Positions 1-12,110 of a stretch of 64,000 bases of DNA are shown piece after piece (position 1 is the first letter of the stretch; each line of letters begins with the position of its first letter). The translations under genes were made by a program, and so were the position numbers. This stretch comes from Paramecium tetraurelia. Its lineage: Eukaryota. The notes below the pieces were generated by a model. The model saw nothing but the letters and a program-made list of their open reading frames with translations, searched no databases and was not told the DNA's origin. Location: NCBI GenBank assembly GCA_000165425.1, contig CT868318.1, forward strand, positions 585,067 through 649,066, in the 5' to 3' direction.

Positions 1-163
1 TAGTAATTTTAATAACCTATTTTTAATTTTAACATTTATAATTTCTAGACTTCAAATCAAATTAAATATTGAATTCCAATTATTAGATTCAGATATTTTA
101 GAAAATTTGAAGATAATGAGGAAAACAATAATTGAAATAATAAATAAGAGCTTAATTAATAAT

Positions 164-1001
164 TCATTATTTTGTATTGTATGAGCCACAGTGATTGCAT
201 TTTAGATAGTAGTTAGAAGAGATATCATTCGAAATTTCTCTACAATCCAAGCATTTAATCTAAACCTTTTACTTCTAAACTTGAGGAGATAATAATTTTT
301 TTGAGTCTTCAGCTAATTTATCATATTATTCAATCTCATTTAGAGTCATTTTCTTTTAATATATCTAATATTTACAAATATAGGAAAGCTACAAATTGGG
401 CAATTTCTTTAATTGGATTAAATTAGTTAATTGAAGCATTTTGAATGAATGAAGTGAACACAATTAGGTAATTACATTATATAACTTGTAGAAGCCTTTA
501 GATTTTACAAACAAATAGGGCAATCGTTTTCGGCGGCTTGATTTAAACATTTATGTGAATTTTATATTGATTTACTTAAACAGATGCCGCATGTATTACA
601 ATGAAAATTGTTTTCTTTAACTCCCTAGTTTAGTATATGATAATTACTCTCCTGCACATATTACATTAATCACAATGATAAATGTCTTTATTAGGATCGT
701 CATCATATAATTTACAAATGGAACAAAAATATTTAGCAAATTTTATTCCGCATTATATACACTTATTGGTTGGGGGTTGTTCACATAAGCATTTTCGACA
801 TCTTATTACGGTAACATTATATCGATCCATGATTTCTGTTTTGCATCTATCAGAAGTTGATCCTTTCTAATCAGAGTCATGACAAAGCCTGCAAGGGTAA
901 AACTTACCACAACAAGGAGCCTTCTTATCACAATTTCTTTAATAATGCTGGCAATTAGGTACTGGAGTTATTATCTTTTTTAAACAATTTACTAAAAACA
1001 T
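164..1001 (-). CDS. RCHY1: CHY zinc finger / RING-H2 / zinc-ribbon E3 ligase, Pirh2-like
   Basis: Ciliate-code translation gives CQHYQRNCDKKAPCCGKFYPCRLCHD (CHY), CPICLQNL...CVHFIHSKC...CPIC (RING-H2) and a C-terminal LKCNHCGSYNT ending at TGA 164-166, with short GT..AG introns. An alternative start at 1023 with a 31-nt intron is also in frame. Confidence 0.88.
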
Positions 1002-1077
1002 AATTTTTCAAATGACACATCATTAACTTATAATCTTTATATTCATTTATACTGAGGTTTAAATAATTTAGAAATTT

Positions 1078-2372
1078 ATGTAATAGTATAATAATTGAAG
1101 ATAGCGTTTATTCATTCTAGAATACATATAGATAACTAGGCTACTAGATGAGCAGAATATTTAATAGAAAACTCTTGCATAGGTGACAGAGAAATCATTA
1201 TGTTAAAATCAATATTCCACATCATAATCCTCTTCATTCCAGAAGCAAATGGATGTATTTGGAGAGTATGAGGTAATTGTGTACCAGCTCAGATAATTTG
1301 TTAATTATTTACATCAAGCATAATATGTATATCCTACAGTAATGAGTGTATAGATATGAGAGATAATGATACTATTATCTGATATATCTTTGGGGATGTT
1401 AAACTTATTTCAGGATTGTATATTAAAATTAGTTATTGTTTTAACTCTGATAAACTTAAGATCAAAGAAGATGGCTATTCAATAGATTTTGAATTTGTTA
1501 GAAAATAATAATAATAAAACTATTTAAATTACTTTATTAGTATTGATTAAGTATCTTTTTGTCTTCCATTGTTTTGGCTATTTAGAAGAAAAACTATATT
1601 TTATTGTCGCTTTTCTGATAAATTATTATATGTTGAGAGAAAATTATTAATTAAAATATTTATAGATTTATCTTGGTTTCTGTTGAGGAAATCAGAATGG
1701 TTTTTGCTCATTAGTATTTGAATTTAGTTTAACTCAATACCTCGGTATTGTAAATTTTAGAGACAATTAGAATCATATACTCACTCATAGAATTTCAAAT
1801 TCGAAATGCTTCCTTATCTTAGTAGAAATGATAGCAGACTAATTAACAATAGTAATTAATATCTTTAAATATATATGAAAGAATGAAGAACATTGTCTTT
1901 GCTATACATGCTTTTGCTGTATTCAGACATACATTAAGAATGGTTATAGATGGAGGGTTTGAATACAGATTTGTAGGGGTTACTAAGATTCTTTAGGAAC
2001 TCAATCAGATTGTGTACAGATAAAATGTAGCTGAAGATGTTTCTTTTAAAAAAAATTTCTTTTTCCGAAAGAACCAGGCTAATGTCAAATGCATTAACAG
2101 TCCTATATAGGTTGAAAGAGAAAATTTTGAGATAGTTCCTTTAGAGGTTATCTATAATTAAATTCCTATATAAAATACAATTCTGGATATCCCGAAGAAT
2201 TTATTTGATTAGAACATACAAAAATCAACTTAGAATGAATGACTGATACTTGTATGATATTAAAACTAATAATGTTGACAGAGTTTTGATTTAGATTTCT
2301 AAAAATAAAAGATGAGTAAAAATATTGGGGAAGGAAGAAAGGAAAATGCAGTTCAATAATCTGGATTTGCAT
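1078..2372. other. Unresolved coding-like or degenerate region (possible pseudogene)
   Basis: Long open stretches occur on both strands but are broken by in-frame TGA codons that no obvious short intron removes. No motif was recognised. Confidence 0.25.
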
Positions 2373-2523
2373 AAATTTAAATGTGAATTGATAGTTATTT
2401 AAGAATGATAACTACTAAGGATAATAAATAATAATGACTATAAAAGGTTATTTTGGAATCATTTATTATAATATTACATAAAAAATTGCGTAATAATTTA
2501 GAATTAAATCCAACTTACATAAA

Positions 2524-4027
2524 ATGACATTATTTTTAAAATAAAACATCTTTTCTTCTTAAAACGCTGAACAATTACCATAGACTGTCCAAGTCATTTA
2601 ATTAAACCAGTACATATGCTTTTAGATTATACTTCCTAAGAGGTAGGCTTATCTAATTAATCTAATCTTAGGCTGTGATAATAGAAAGCTCTCCATATCC
2701 TAATAGAAAGAATTTCTCAATTTTGCTAGAATTGACCCATATGGCCATTCCTTCATGATATATAATTCAATTGAACTTAAAAACAAGGTAAATTAATGGT
2801 AACTAACTCTTCCTTGGATTACACCACATTACGCAATCAAAAGCAACCCTATTGAGCCTTTAATATAAGATAAAGTAATAGTACTCTTAGTAAATAATTA
2901 ATTAATTGAATGAATGAAATATATAATCAAATTACTGTATTATTAATGGACCTTATGGAACTTTTGATTGTGCTTCAAAAGGAGTAAAGTATCGATGTTA
3001 TCTTTTCAGGAAATCTAAATGGTGACGAAATATGGAGTTCCTGAGTTAAAGTTGGTTTATAGTAATCCAGTTAAGGAAGAAAAAGACATCTTCTTTGCAA
3101 AGAGCAAAGGAGTTTAAATCACAAGTGCAGATAGTATTGAAGAACTATTAAAGATCCAAAAGATAGCGCCATAGATGAAAATACTTTGGAGAATATCCAT
3201 TGTTGAGGAGAACCCTGGATAAATGGCTACTCTTTTTTCCGGTAAATTTGGAGATGATGTTCCAAATTTAGACGCTGCTCATAAAAGATTTAAGTAAATT
3301 CAACAAATGGGAATTCAATTACATGGTATTCATTTTCATTGTGGAAGTGCTGTCTAAGGATCATCCTCATTTGGGAAAGTATTGAATTTTATTATCCCTA
3401 GACTATAGATTTAGCCTAAGATTGTATGAGAATCGGAAGATAATACGGACATAAGATGGAGTTGTTAGATATAGGCGGGGATTTCCAACGGGAAACATTC
3501 ATGAAAATGCTATTAAAGCATTAAAAAGAACAGAAAATGATCCTTTAGGATATGAAGTAATTGCTGAACCAGGAAGACACTTTAGTGCTAACTCATGTTC
3601 ACTTTTATTTCGAATTTTGACTAAAAGAATAAAGCATGGGAGATTATGTTATCATGTTAATGAATCTTTGTACCATTCTTTCAACAGTATCCTTATGGAT
3701 GGAATATCATTTGAAAATTTGAATGATCAATTTTATAGTGTTCTTAATTCTGATGAATCCTAAAATTCTTAAATTTCAGACTAATCTAATGTCTCAATCT
3801 TTGGTATGACATGTGATGGAGCTGATGTTATCGCTAACAATATTACTGTTCCTACTGACATGAATGTAGGAGATTGGTTATGCATGCAAGGTATGGGAAG
3901 CTATACTATTGGACCTAAATCTACATTCAATGGGATGAAATCAACTACCAAAGTTTATTAATGGAGTGGCTAACTTGAATAACAAAGTTAATCATAACCT
4001 TAAATAGCTATAAGTTAATTTTTTTGA
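2524..4027 (+). CDS. ODC: Ornithine decarboxylase (PLP-dependent group IV), interrupted by an IES-like insert and a frameshift
   Basis: Motifs PHYAIKSNP (PLP lysine), FDCASKGEI, YSNPVK, KFG, GIHFHCGS, LDIGG/GFP, IAEPGRHF, IFGMTCDGAD, GDWL and MGSYT, ending at TGA 4025-4027. An intact frame requires removing 2871-2937 and adding one G at 3477-3480. Confidence 0.9.
2871..2939. mobile_element. Internal eliminated sequence (IES)-like element, 67 bp counting one TA
   Basis: TA occurs at 2871-2872 and 2938-2939. The left end reads TAAAGTAAT and the right end (reverse complement) TACAGTAAT, matching the TAYAGYNR consensus with one mismatch on the left. The interior is AT-rich with TGA stops, and excision leaving one TA gives in-frame EPLIQDIINGPYGTFDCAS. 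Confidence 0.85.
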
Positions 4028-4306
4028 TTTATTATTTTTATAAATATGATATATCTATACATTTCATTTAAATGAATTTGATAAGAATATTATGAATCTT
4101 CTGAAATCTCAAATCTATGGTTTAAACTTAAATTATATCCTAAAAAGCAAATAAATGATACAATATTTATATTTAATAGAAATAGAAATAATAATATTCT
4201 GTTTTACATTAATTTACAAATAAACAAACTAAACATATAATCTATTCAAAAAATAATAAGTAGTTTTTGATTGAAATTATAATATGGTAATTTCAGTAAG
4301 TTTTAT

Positions 4307-5575
4307 TCATTTCTTCATTAGAACTTCCATCGCCCTTTGAATCTCTAAATTAGTATCCAATTTTGGAGCAATGTATTTCTATTTGTAATTTTCACCAGGT
4401 TTTCTTTCAAATTTAGTCTCAGTAAATTTTGGCCTCAATTCATTTTCACTTTAGACTATATCTTATTAATATATTGTACTTTATTTTGTTCTTTTATACA
4501 AATCATTTATCTATTTTTGCTGAGTTGCTTATCCAACATTATTCGTTTATTACACAGCATGATTTGTTTATTATGCAATATTATTTGTTTTTTATTGCAA
4601 TTTTGATTTTTTGAATTCCAAGAAATCTTAATATTCGTTGTCATCAATTACTTTTTGTAACTTCTTTGCTGCCTCTTTAAATCGAATAAATTCTTAGAAT
4701 TCTTAGTCAATTTATTAATCATCACTTTTTTATAAATTTGGCTTCTTTTCTTCCTTTTGATCATTCTATTAGGGCAAAGGAGGCCTGGAAGGTCTTTATT
4801 GTTAATAAAGTTTGTTATCTTAAGATTATTTTGGGTAATTCTACTATTAATAATAATCATGTTCATCTTAAATCGGCTATTAATAAAGAAATTGATTTGG
4901 TTATTAAAACCCTTATTGCTGTTAAGGGTAATATTGATTTGGAGATTGATTATAATACTATTCTTAAACTGGATATTGAGACATGTTTTAATGTGATGGT
5001 GGGATGAAATTGTATTCTTTAAATGAATTTCTCCTTCTCTAATCATTAGATTATTCCAAATATGGGTTTGGTATAATTTCTTCATGTGATCTCTTCCTTT
5101 AATATTGAGGAGAAGGAGTTACTTATTAATAATGATTTGGTTAATGATGAGCATTTGGTTAATGATAAAAATGAGGATTATATTATTGTTCGGATGGAGG
5201 ATAGTGTGGTGCTGATGGAGGGTAGTTGTCGTAATAATTGTGAATTTGCATTTTAGGATTTTATAACATCTTAATTGCAAGGTTAGCATTATCAATTTAA
5301 TATTGATGCTTTTATAGTCTATCTTGGTAATTAACTTATGGTTAGTAAGGTATGGGAACATTATTTTAATAATAGTATTCCAATGGGTTATGATCATTGT
5401 ATTGCTTTTATTAACCCCTGTCTAATTGTGCATAGCTCGAAAATGCATTATACTTTCTAAATATCGTTTAATTCATCTTTTGGAGGTTATTATTCCTATT
5501 CCTATTCTTCTTCTTCTTCCTCACTCTATCCTCCTCTTATTCACTTTCCAACTCTTAACTGTCTTCTTCACTCAT
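4307..5575 (-). CDS. Hypothetical Q/P/N-rich low-complexity protein
   Basis: MSEEDSQELESEQEEDRVRKKKKNRNR... open in ciliate code, with a 24-nt intron near 4456-4479, ending ...EIQRAMEVLMKK TGA. Confidence 0.7.
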
Positions 5576-5608
5576 TTATAATTCAAAATTGATTAAATTA
5601 ATAATTAA

Positions 5609-5999
5609 ATGGAAAGTCATGAAAATTACAGAAGTTACCACTCTGATAACTCTAGTTTTTTTGAACCTAAGTATTTCTTAATGTTCATGATATTGTTGTT
5701 CGTCCCTTATTTTCTTTGGAAAAATAGCAATACTAAATAAGAGCCAATAAAAGTAATACTTTGATGTATTAATATAGGATAAAGTTTGGAAAAAGTTTGC
5801 ATTTTCCTATTAAGATATGATGAATACATTTGATCAAACTGATAGGGAACTTCTAAAAAATACTTTTCATAATACAATCTTTAATACAAAACCATCTCTT
5901 GTTACCAAAGATGTGAGAAAACTCAATAAAAAAAAACTCAGCGTGTAATTTGATTTAAATAAGAATGTAACGCATTTGTTTCAATATAATGGTTGTTGA
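5609..5999 (+). CDS. Small single-TM hypothetical protein
   Basis: MESHENYRSY...YFLMFMILLFVPYFLW (hydrophobic), one 25-nt intron, C-terminus KKLSVQFDLNKNVTHLFQYNGC TGA. Confidence 0.65.
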
Positions 6000-6180
6000 G
6001 AAAAGCTTAACTGATTGAGAATTTTATTAATTAAACACACACTTAATTTATACAATTATTTCATTATTAGAATGTTTCTAAAATAATTAAAATTTAATTA
6101 AAGCCCTAATTAGAATTAGTATTACGTATATATTTTGTTATTCAATTTCATTTCAGCATATTAATTTCAATAGGATAAAA

Positions 6181-7646
6181 ATGTCCAAAGAAGTTGTAAT
6201 CGTAGAACATAATCCAAAATAAATTAAGTCCTCATTTCAAAGGTGGCTGGTCCTATTCTCTTATTCAATTATTGCGTATTACAATTTATTAGAGATTTAG
6301 AATGGCTAATGTGATGTAATTGGTAAGTTACAGTCCGATTTGGGAGTAGGCAGCAATATATTATGGTATTCCACCATAAGACTTGCAATGGATAGGGAAT
6401 ATGTATTATATCACATTTTTTGTTTTGGCTCCTTTTTGCATAAAACCATTATTGGTAAGACTGGATATAAGTTTGCATTTGATTGGAGTCATAAGTGCTA
6501 TAGGGTAATAGAGTTGAATGATAAATTGAAGGGCATGGATAATATGGATAGGAGGATAATCATATTTAATGACTCTGATAGGTTTGTTTATAATTGGAAT
6601 TAGCGATGCTATGATTTTAATAGTTCCAGTTTGTAATTAAATTGTTCATTATGAAGTCCTCTCTGAAAAATGGTTCTCCGTCTTTGAGAGACTGTTAGCA
6701 ACTAGTCTAGGCAGTTTCTTTTAGTATGTTGGAATGGCATTTGCATATGGATTTTCATCTTTTTATTTTAATGTAACAGACGAATAGAGTGTGGTGAACT
6801 CAAAAATAAATGAAATGAATCTGATGATCGCAATTTTTAATACAGTTGGAGCAGTTTTTCTTTTGATGTTTTTGAGGAATAGACCTCCTCAACCAGCTTC
6901 AAATTCAGATGTAACCCATATTTCTGTAAATAAAGAATATAGTCAAAGACACAATTTGGAAATCCACAGTGAAAATGATAACAAAAGAAGAATCAGTAAT
7001 TGATCTAATGGCTCTTGGAATCTGTAAATTTATTACATAATAAAGTCATTGGATTGGGCTGGGTGTATACGACAATCATATCTTTAGAGATGTATCCTTT
7101 TGGTTATACTCAAGTATTTCAGTAATTAGTAAACTTTAGGCTGAAGTTGCAATAAATGGAACTGTTTATTAGATTTCCGGAGTGGCAGTTGGTTTGTGGG
7201 CTTCTATAAAATTGGATTCATAAGCTAAATAGGGAATACAACCTGATTATGATAGATACATCAAGATCTTCACTACCATAGGAATGATCACTCTGATTTT
7301 AGAAGCATTTATCATAGAATATTTAGGATTCTGGATGTTGCTCTTCGTTAATTTTGCAATGGGTGTGGGTCTCAATTCGTTTTATCCTATCGCTATATAG
7401 GCTTACGTTGAAAAATTGTACCCTGCTACAGAATTAGTATTGGTTACTGGTTTGTTATGTTTGGCTAATGTATACATATTTAAATTAAAGTGAAAGATGG
7501 TAGGATTTGTGTTAAATTACTTAATCGTGTTACCTGAATTCGAATAGTTTGGATTATGGATTGGATGTTTGACCATTACTCCAGGGTATCTATATATCTT
7601 GTTAAATTATAAAACAAAATATCGAAGATTTGAATAGGAAATTTGA
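6181..7646 (+). CDS. MFS transporter, FLVCR/SLC49-like
   Basis: RWLVLFSYS..., LVSYSPIWEQAAIYYGI, many hydrophobic segments, LSEKWFSVFERLLATSLG and FLRNRPPQPASNS, with several 24-27 nt introns. Confidence 0.8.
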
Positions 7647-7689
7647 TGTTATTAATTATATATTTATAAATACAATAATTGGTGTTCTT

Positions 7690-9971
7690 ATGAACAATAG
7701 GGCCATGTAACTTTTAGGAATGAGCTTAAACGTTCTAATCTCTGTTCTTCTTGCTCTCATAGAGTGTTTCATCAATGAACTCTCAGATTCAATAATAATG
7801 GACATTGTATTCATTTTATGTGGCACTTTTTTCTCTTGGATTTATATTACTCAACAATTAGGATGGAATAAGGGTAAACTTCAATATTACCTTTAGGAGA
7901 TATATCACCATTTTTTTATTGGGCTTTGGCTATTAAAAGAATAACTCTGGTTGGGATAAACAGTAGTGAATTCATTTATTTCTTGTTTGGCTTTTTAAAT
8001 GGAATATACTCAAATAAATTAGTCGTTAAGGATTAAAAGATGTATTATAAGTAGGTTAGAAATGCTATTTAAGTTATTTTGATATCAGTTTTAATAGTTT
8101 ACAACTTTCTAACAAATCCTTGCAATCATCAAATAATTTTCATCATCTCCAATATAATTTTATTAGTTCTCTTGGGATTATATGATAATTACGAATCTTA
8201 ATTTATTGGTTCCAAATAGGAGGGTTTCAATACAAATTAAAGAAACTCTTAAGTAGAATTGAAAAAGTGTTAGACAATATAATAACCTCAATCAACCAAA
8301 TCAATTTGGGAACAATTTAATTGCCTAACAGATGATTGGATTTGTAAAATTGACATCAACAAATTTAAATTTAATCGAACTTTGGAAACAAAAGAACAAT
8401 CTCTCGTTTTATAAAATTTTTTATAAGAAAACAAATCTAATTTGAGTTAATTTTTTAGCAATCTGATAATTGTTAGATAATCCTAGAATGCCTCCATTAT
8501 TTCATAATTTGAATTATAAGAAAATAATACATTTTTATAATGGTTAGAGAAAAATTATTTATAAGAAACTCCTCAAAATTTTATAAAATAGAAATTATTT
8601 AGTGATAGGTAGAATATAAACTAGTAGGCTGAGGATGATTAAAAATCTATGCTATCTCATGATAGGAGATACATAAATCAAAATGATCTATCTCAAGACC
8701 TCTCTGGATTGTAACCCTTGCCTCTTAATGTGGATATCTAAACCTCTAATAATAAAACATTCTTGTAATGCTATCTTTGCCTTAACTAAATTGTTTATAA
8801 TTTGAGTTTATCAATATTTCTAGTTGACGATGATAAAACTAATCAATCAAAGCAATAGTCCATCATTATTTAAATGAAAAATGTTGACAAGCTAATTAAA
8901 AGTGAAATTCTAGATCAATAAAGATCTATATTTTATAAACATATTGGTCGATTGGCTACTCATTCAGGAGAAATACTAAAATCAGTTAATGTCCTGAAAA
9001 AGTCTCTATAATAATAATTAAAGTATATATATCATTATTTAATTTAAAGAGAATTCGATTATTCTTTGTCCTTTAATGACACCATTTTCAAAAAATCAGA
9101 AAGATATATCGGAGGCATTAGTAATCCCTATTAAGCAGTTCTCAATCATACTCCGGAAAGCAATACAAATTAAAAACTCACTTCCACTCACAGTAATCCT
9201 CATGAGAGTTAGATTTTGAACTTGTAATAATTATAAATTGCATATTACTAACAATCTTAGGAAATACTTAAATAAATAGAAAAATTAAATTTCGATCTAA
9301 TAATGATGAAACAAAACAATTTTAATTTCTTTGTATTATTTAGTCATGCTTAATTAGATATTGAATAAATTAATATATCAAGTAGTTTTAATATTGTCAA
9401 AGATATTTTTTAATAAAATCCTATCTTAAACCAGCACAACATCATAATTACTTAAGAGATAAATCATTAAACTTAAGTAATCATTAAATCTGATAAAATG
9501 AAAATTAAATAAATTTTAATCAATATCATTAAGAATTCAATAGAAAACTTTGAACTCAATAAATAAGAGATTCAAAACGAAAAAAATGAAAATCTATAAA
9601 CTCAACAACGGCAGATGAGCTCAAAATAAGATCTAAAACAATAAAATATGATCGTTTTTAAAGCACACAGTGATTAAGATAAGATTATTATCGAAATTTC
9701 AGATAATGGTGGAGGTATAAATGAAGAAATGCTTAAAAATAGATTGAATGATTGCAGATTTGGTTTAGAAGCTACTTAAAAACTATTAAGATTTTTGGCA
9801 TATGATACTCAAAAACCGATGGAAATTATTAATTATGTAAAAGGCACTACTGGGGTTTAAGGCACTGTTATTAAATTTGCCCTACCAATTTCACGAGATA
9901 ATTTTTAAATACACGAAGAAAATAAGCAACACGAATCACTAATTATTAACAAACGAACAGATAAAACTTGA
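7690..9971 (+). CDS. Membrane-anchored histidine kinase-like protein (HATPase_c), no receiver domain seen
   Basis: N-terminal TM segments, N-box DKMKIKQILINIIKNSIE, D/G1 box IIEISDNGGGINEEML, G2-like RFGLEATQKLL and GTVIKFALP, ending at TGA 9969-9971. Confidence 0.75.
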
Positions 9972-10264
9972 TCATATTATTCTTTATTATTTTGATAATT
10001 CCTTTTATATATAAAAATTCAAAACTCCTATTTCTTTATATATCAATTTTCCAATCAAGTTTATTTTTCTTATTACAAGAATTCATTTATTATATATTTA
10101 CAAATTCATCAAAATCAATAATACATATCAATTTTATTTATTGTATCCATCGAAATTTTGCAAAGACAATTTTGTTTTTTTTCCTTAACAAAATAAAAAT
10201 CAAAAATATAGATTATAATATTAATTAATTAAATCAAAAGCAAAATTTGCTCTCTCAAATTGTT

Positions 10265-11473
10265 TCAATATTGGAGGGTTTGCAAATTTTAAGATGGTCG
10301 CTTTTCTATTCTAATTTTTGAAACCTCCAAATATTTTGGTAAAGAGAACTTTTTTCTTAATGAATTAAATTGCTTCTTATCTTGTCCTTGTAAAAGATTA
10401 CACATTTCTTTAGCGCATGTTCTGATGTCAATTTCATTTAAGCCAGTTATTGAAACCATCTAGTCTTGACTCCAAGAAGGGTGAATTCTTCTGATTTTAT
10501 GAACCAAATAAATAGCTGCGCTTGCTAACACATTATTTGAATATTGAATCATAGAATATTCTAATAAGGAGAGTTCTATTAGATATCTAAAGGAATTAAA
10601 ATGATATTTACCTACTAAGCATTAAGTTTTTCAAATCTAATTTAGCTGTTTCCTAATATACATTTAATAGTCTGTAGGGACTCGTGGTTAATAAATCAAA
10701 GGAAAGTATTGAAATAATTTTCCCCTCTGCTTCCAATATTTCCTCTTTTGGATATGCGTTATCACATACATATACTAAATCCCTTACATGAGGAACAGAG
10801 TATACTTCTTCATATTTGGATGCTATAAATAAAGCTGCAACTCCATAAAGCTAAAATTTAGATTTCGGTATCTGATGCAACTCAAGTACTCTCAAATTTA
10901 GGTAATAAATACCTATCAACTATCGATATTGTCAAAAACAAGGTTTCTGGGTCTAATTTGAATTTATGATGTACATCTACTAACCAATCTAGTAGAATAC
11001 TGCGCATTTTCTCTGTAATTTCTGTTTAAAATTGGAAAGCGGTCATTTTGAAAATAGATTTACACTAAATTAAGAAGATTAATTACACTTCTATCTTTCA
11101 TATATGTAACAATTTCATTTTTATAGGCATTTACCATTTGTGGATTTTCAATTTTTGAGGGTAATTAAATTGTTTTATTACTTAAAATTGAAGTGATTCC
11201 ACTAGTGATACTCAGATTTCTTCCGTTTCTTAAAGGCATAGGCATATTTGAGTCTGTTTTTACTCTTTAAAACCCTTCTCTTGTTCTATAGCTCTATTCA
11301 TCATTTGATTTCAATTGTGGTTTTTGAGGAGGTATCATAGAATGAAATGAATTTGATGTCTTCTCTCTTATGGCTAAGGATGACTACACTCTTTAATGTT
11401 TAGGCGCACAATAAAAATTTTCATTTTAGTAGTCTGCAACACAAAATAGTCTTGGAATTTATTGTGCTTTCAT
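10265..11473 (-). CDS. Mitotic (A/B-type) cyclin
   Basis: Cyclin box [37 protein letters not shown]...[19 protein letters not shown]...[16 protein letters not shown], with three short introns. Confidence 0.92.
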
Positions 11474-12110
11474 TTTGAATATAAATTATTTAACGGAATA
11501 TATACTATTTAATTTAAAGAATAATATTCATTTATTTTTAAATGAATTTTATTATTTTTAAAGATATATCTTTTAAATAGGAATATAATTCTTTGTTTTA
11601 AATATTTGTAATTTGATATTAAGCCATAGCTAAATCTCAAACTGAAATAATATTCGAAATTAGTATGATAATCAAGGTTTATTGTGATTTAATATTACAA
11701 TTGTTCAACTATTTAAAAACATATCTTAAATTGCCTCATTTTTTAACTGAAAATTGTTAGTGATATATACAACGTCTTGATATCTTGAAGATAACTTGAA
11801 TTAGATGAGAATAAGTACACCATAACTTTAGGTTTATTTTGGTTTGCTCAATAGTTTAAGAAAAGATCTTTTTTTCATTTTTGAGAATCCAAAAATTAGT
11901 CACATAATTTTAATAAAACACTAAAGCAACAGTGAGTGAGAATATATTTATGGAGTTTCTAATAAAAAAGTGTTTAAAATTATTGAGGTTTGATTTCTAG
12001 ATTAGTTTTTAATAGTGGATATAAGGTTGTAGTTAAAGTGAGAAAGATATTGAGATTAAATTGTTAGTTGTTTACCGGGTGAGTTTCCTCAATAAAAATG
12101 TTAATTAATT

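Noticed and set aside
1..135. Possible 3' end of a plus-strand gene (…RKFEDNEENNN TGA)
   Set aside because: It is too short and truncated by the window edge to support a call.
1335..1384. TACAGTAA IES-like left end in the unresolved region; removing 48 bp would delete an in-frame TGA
   Set aside because: The right end matches the consensus poorly, other stops remain, and there is no recognisable protein to validate the junction.
3424..3455. 32-nt GT..AG candidate intron that would repair the ODC frameshift
   Set aside because: It restores the frame only by reading the conserved LDIGG motif out of frame, so it is an unlikely true intron.
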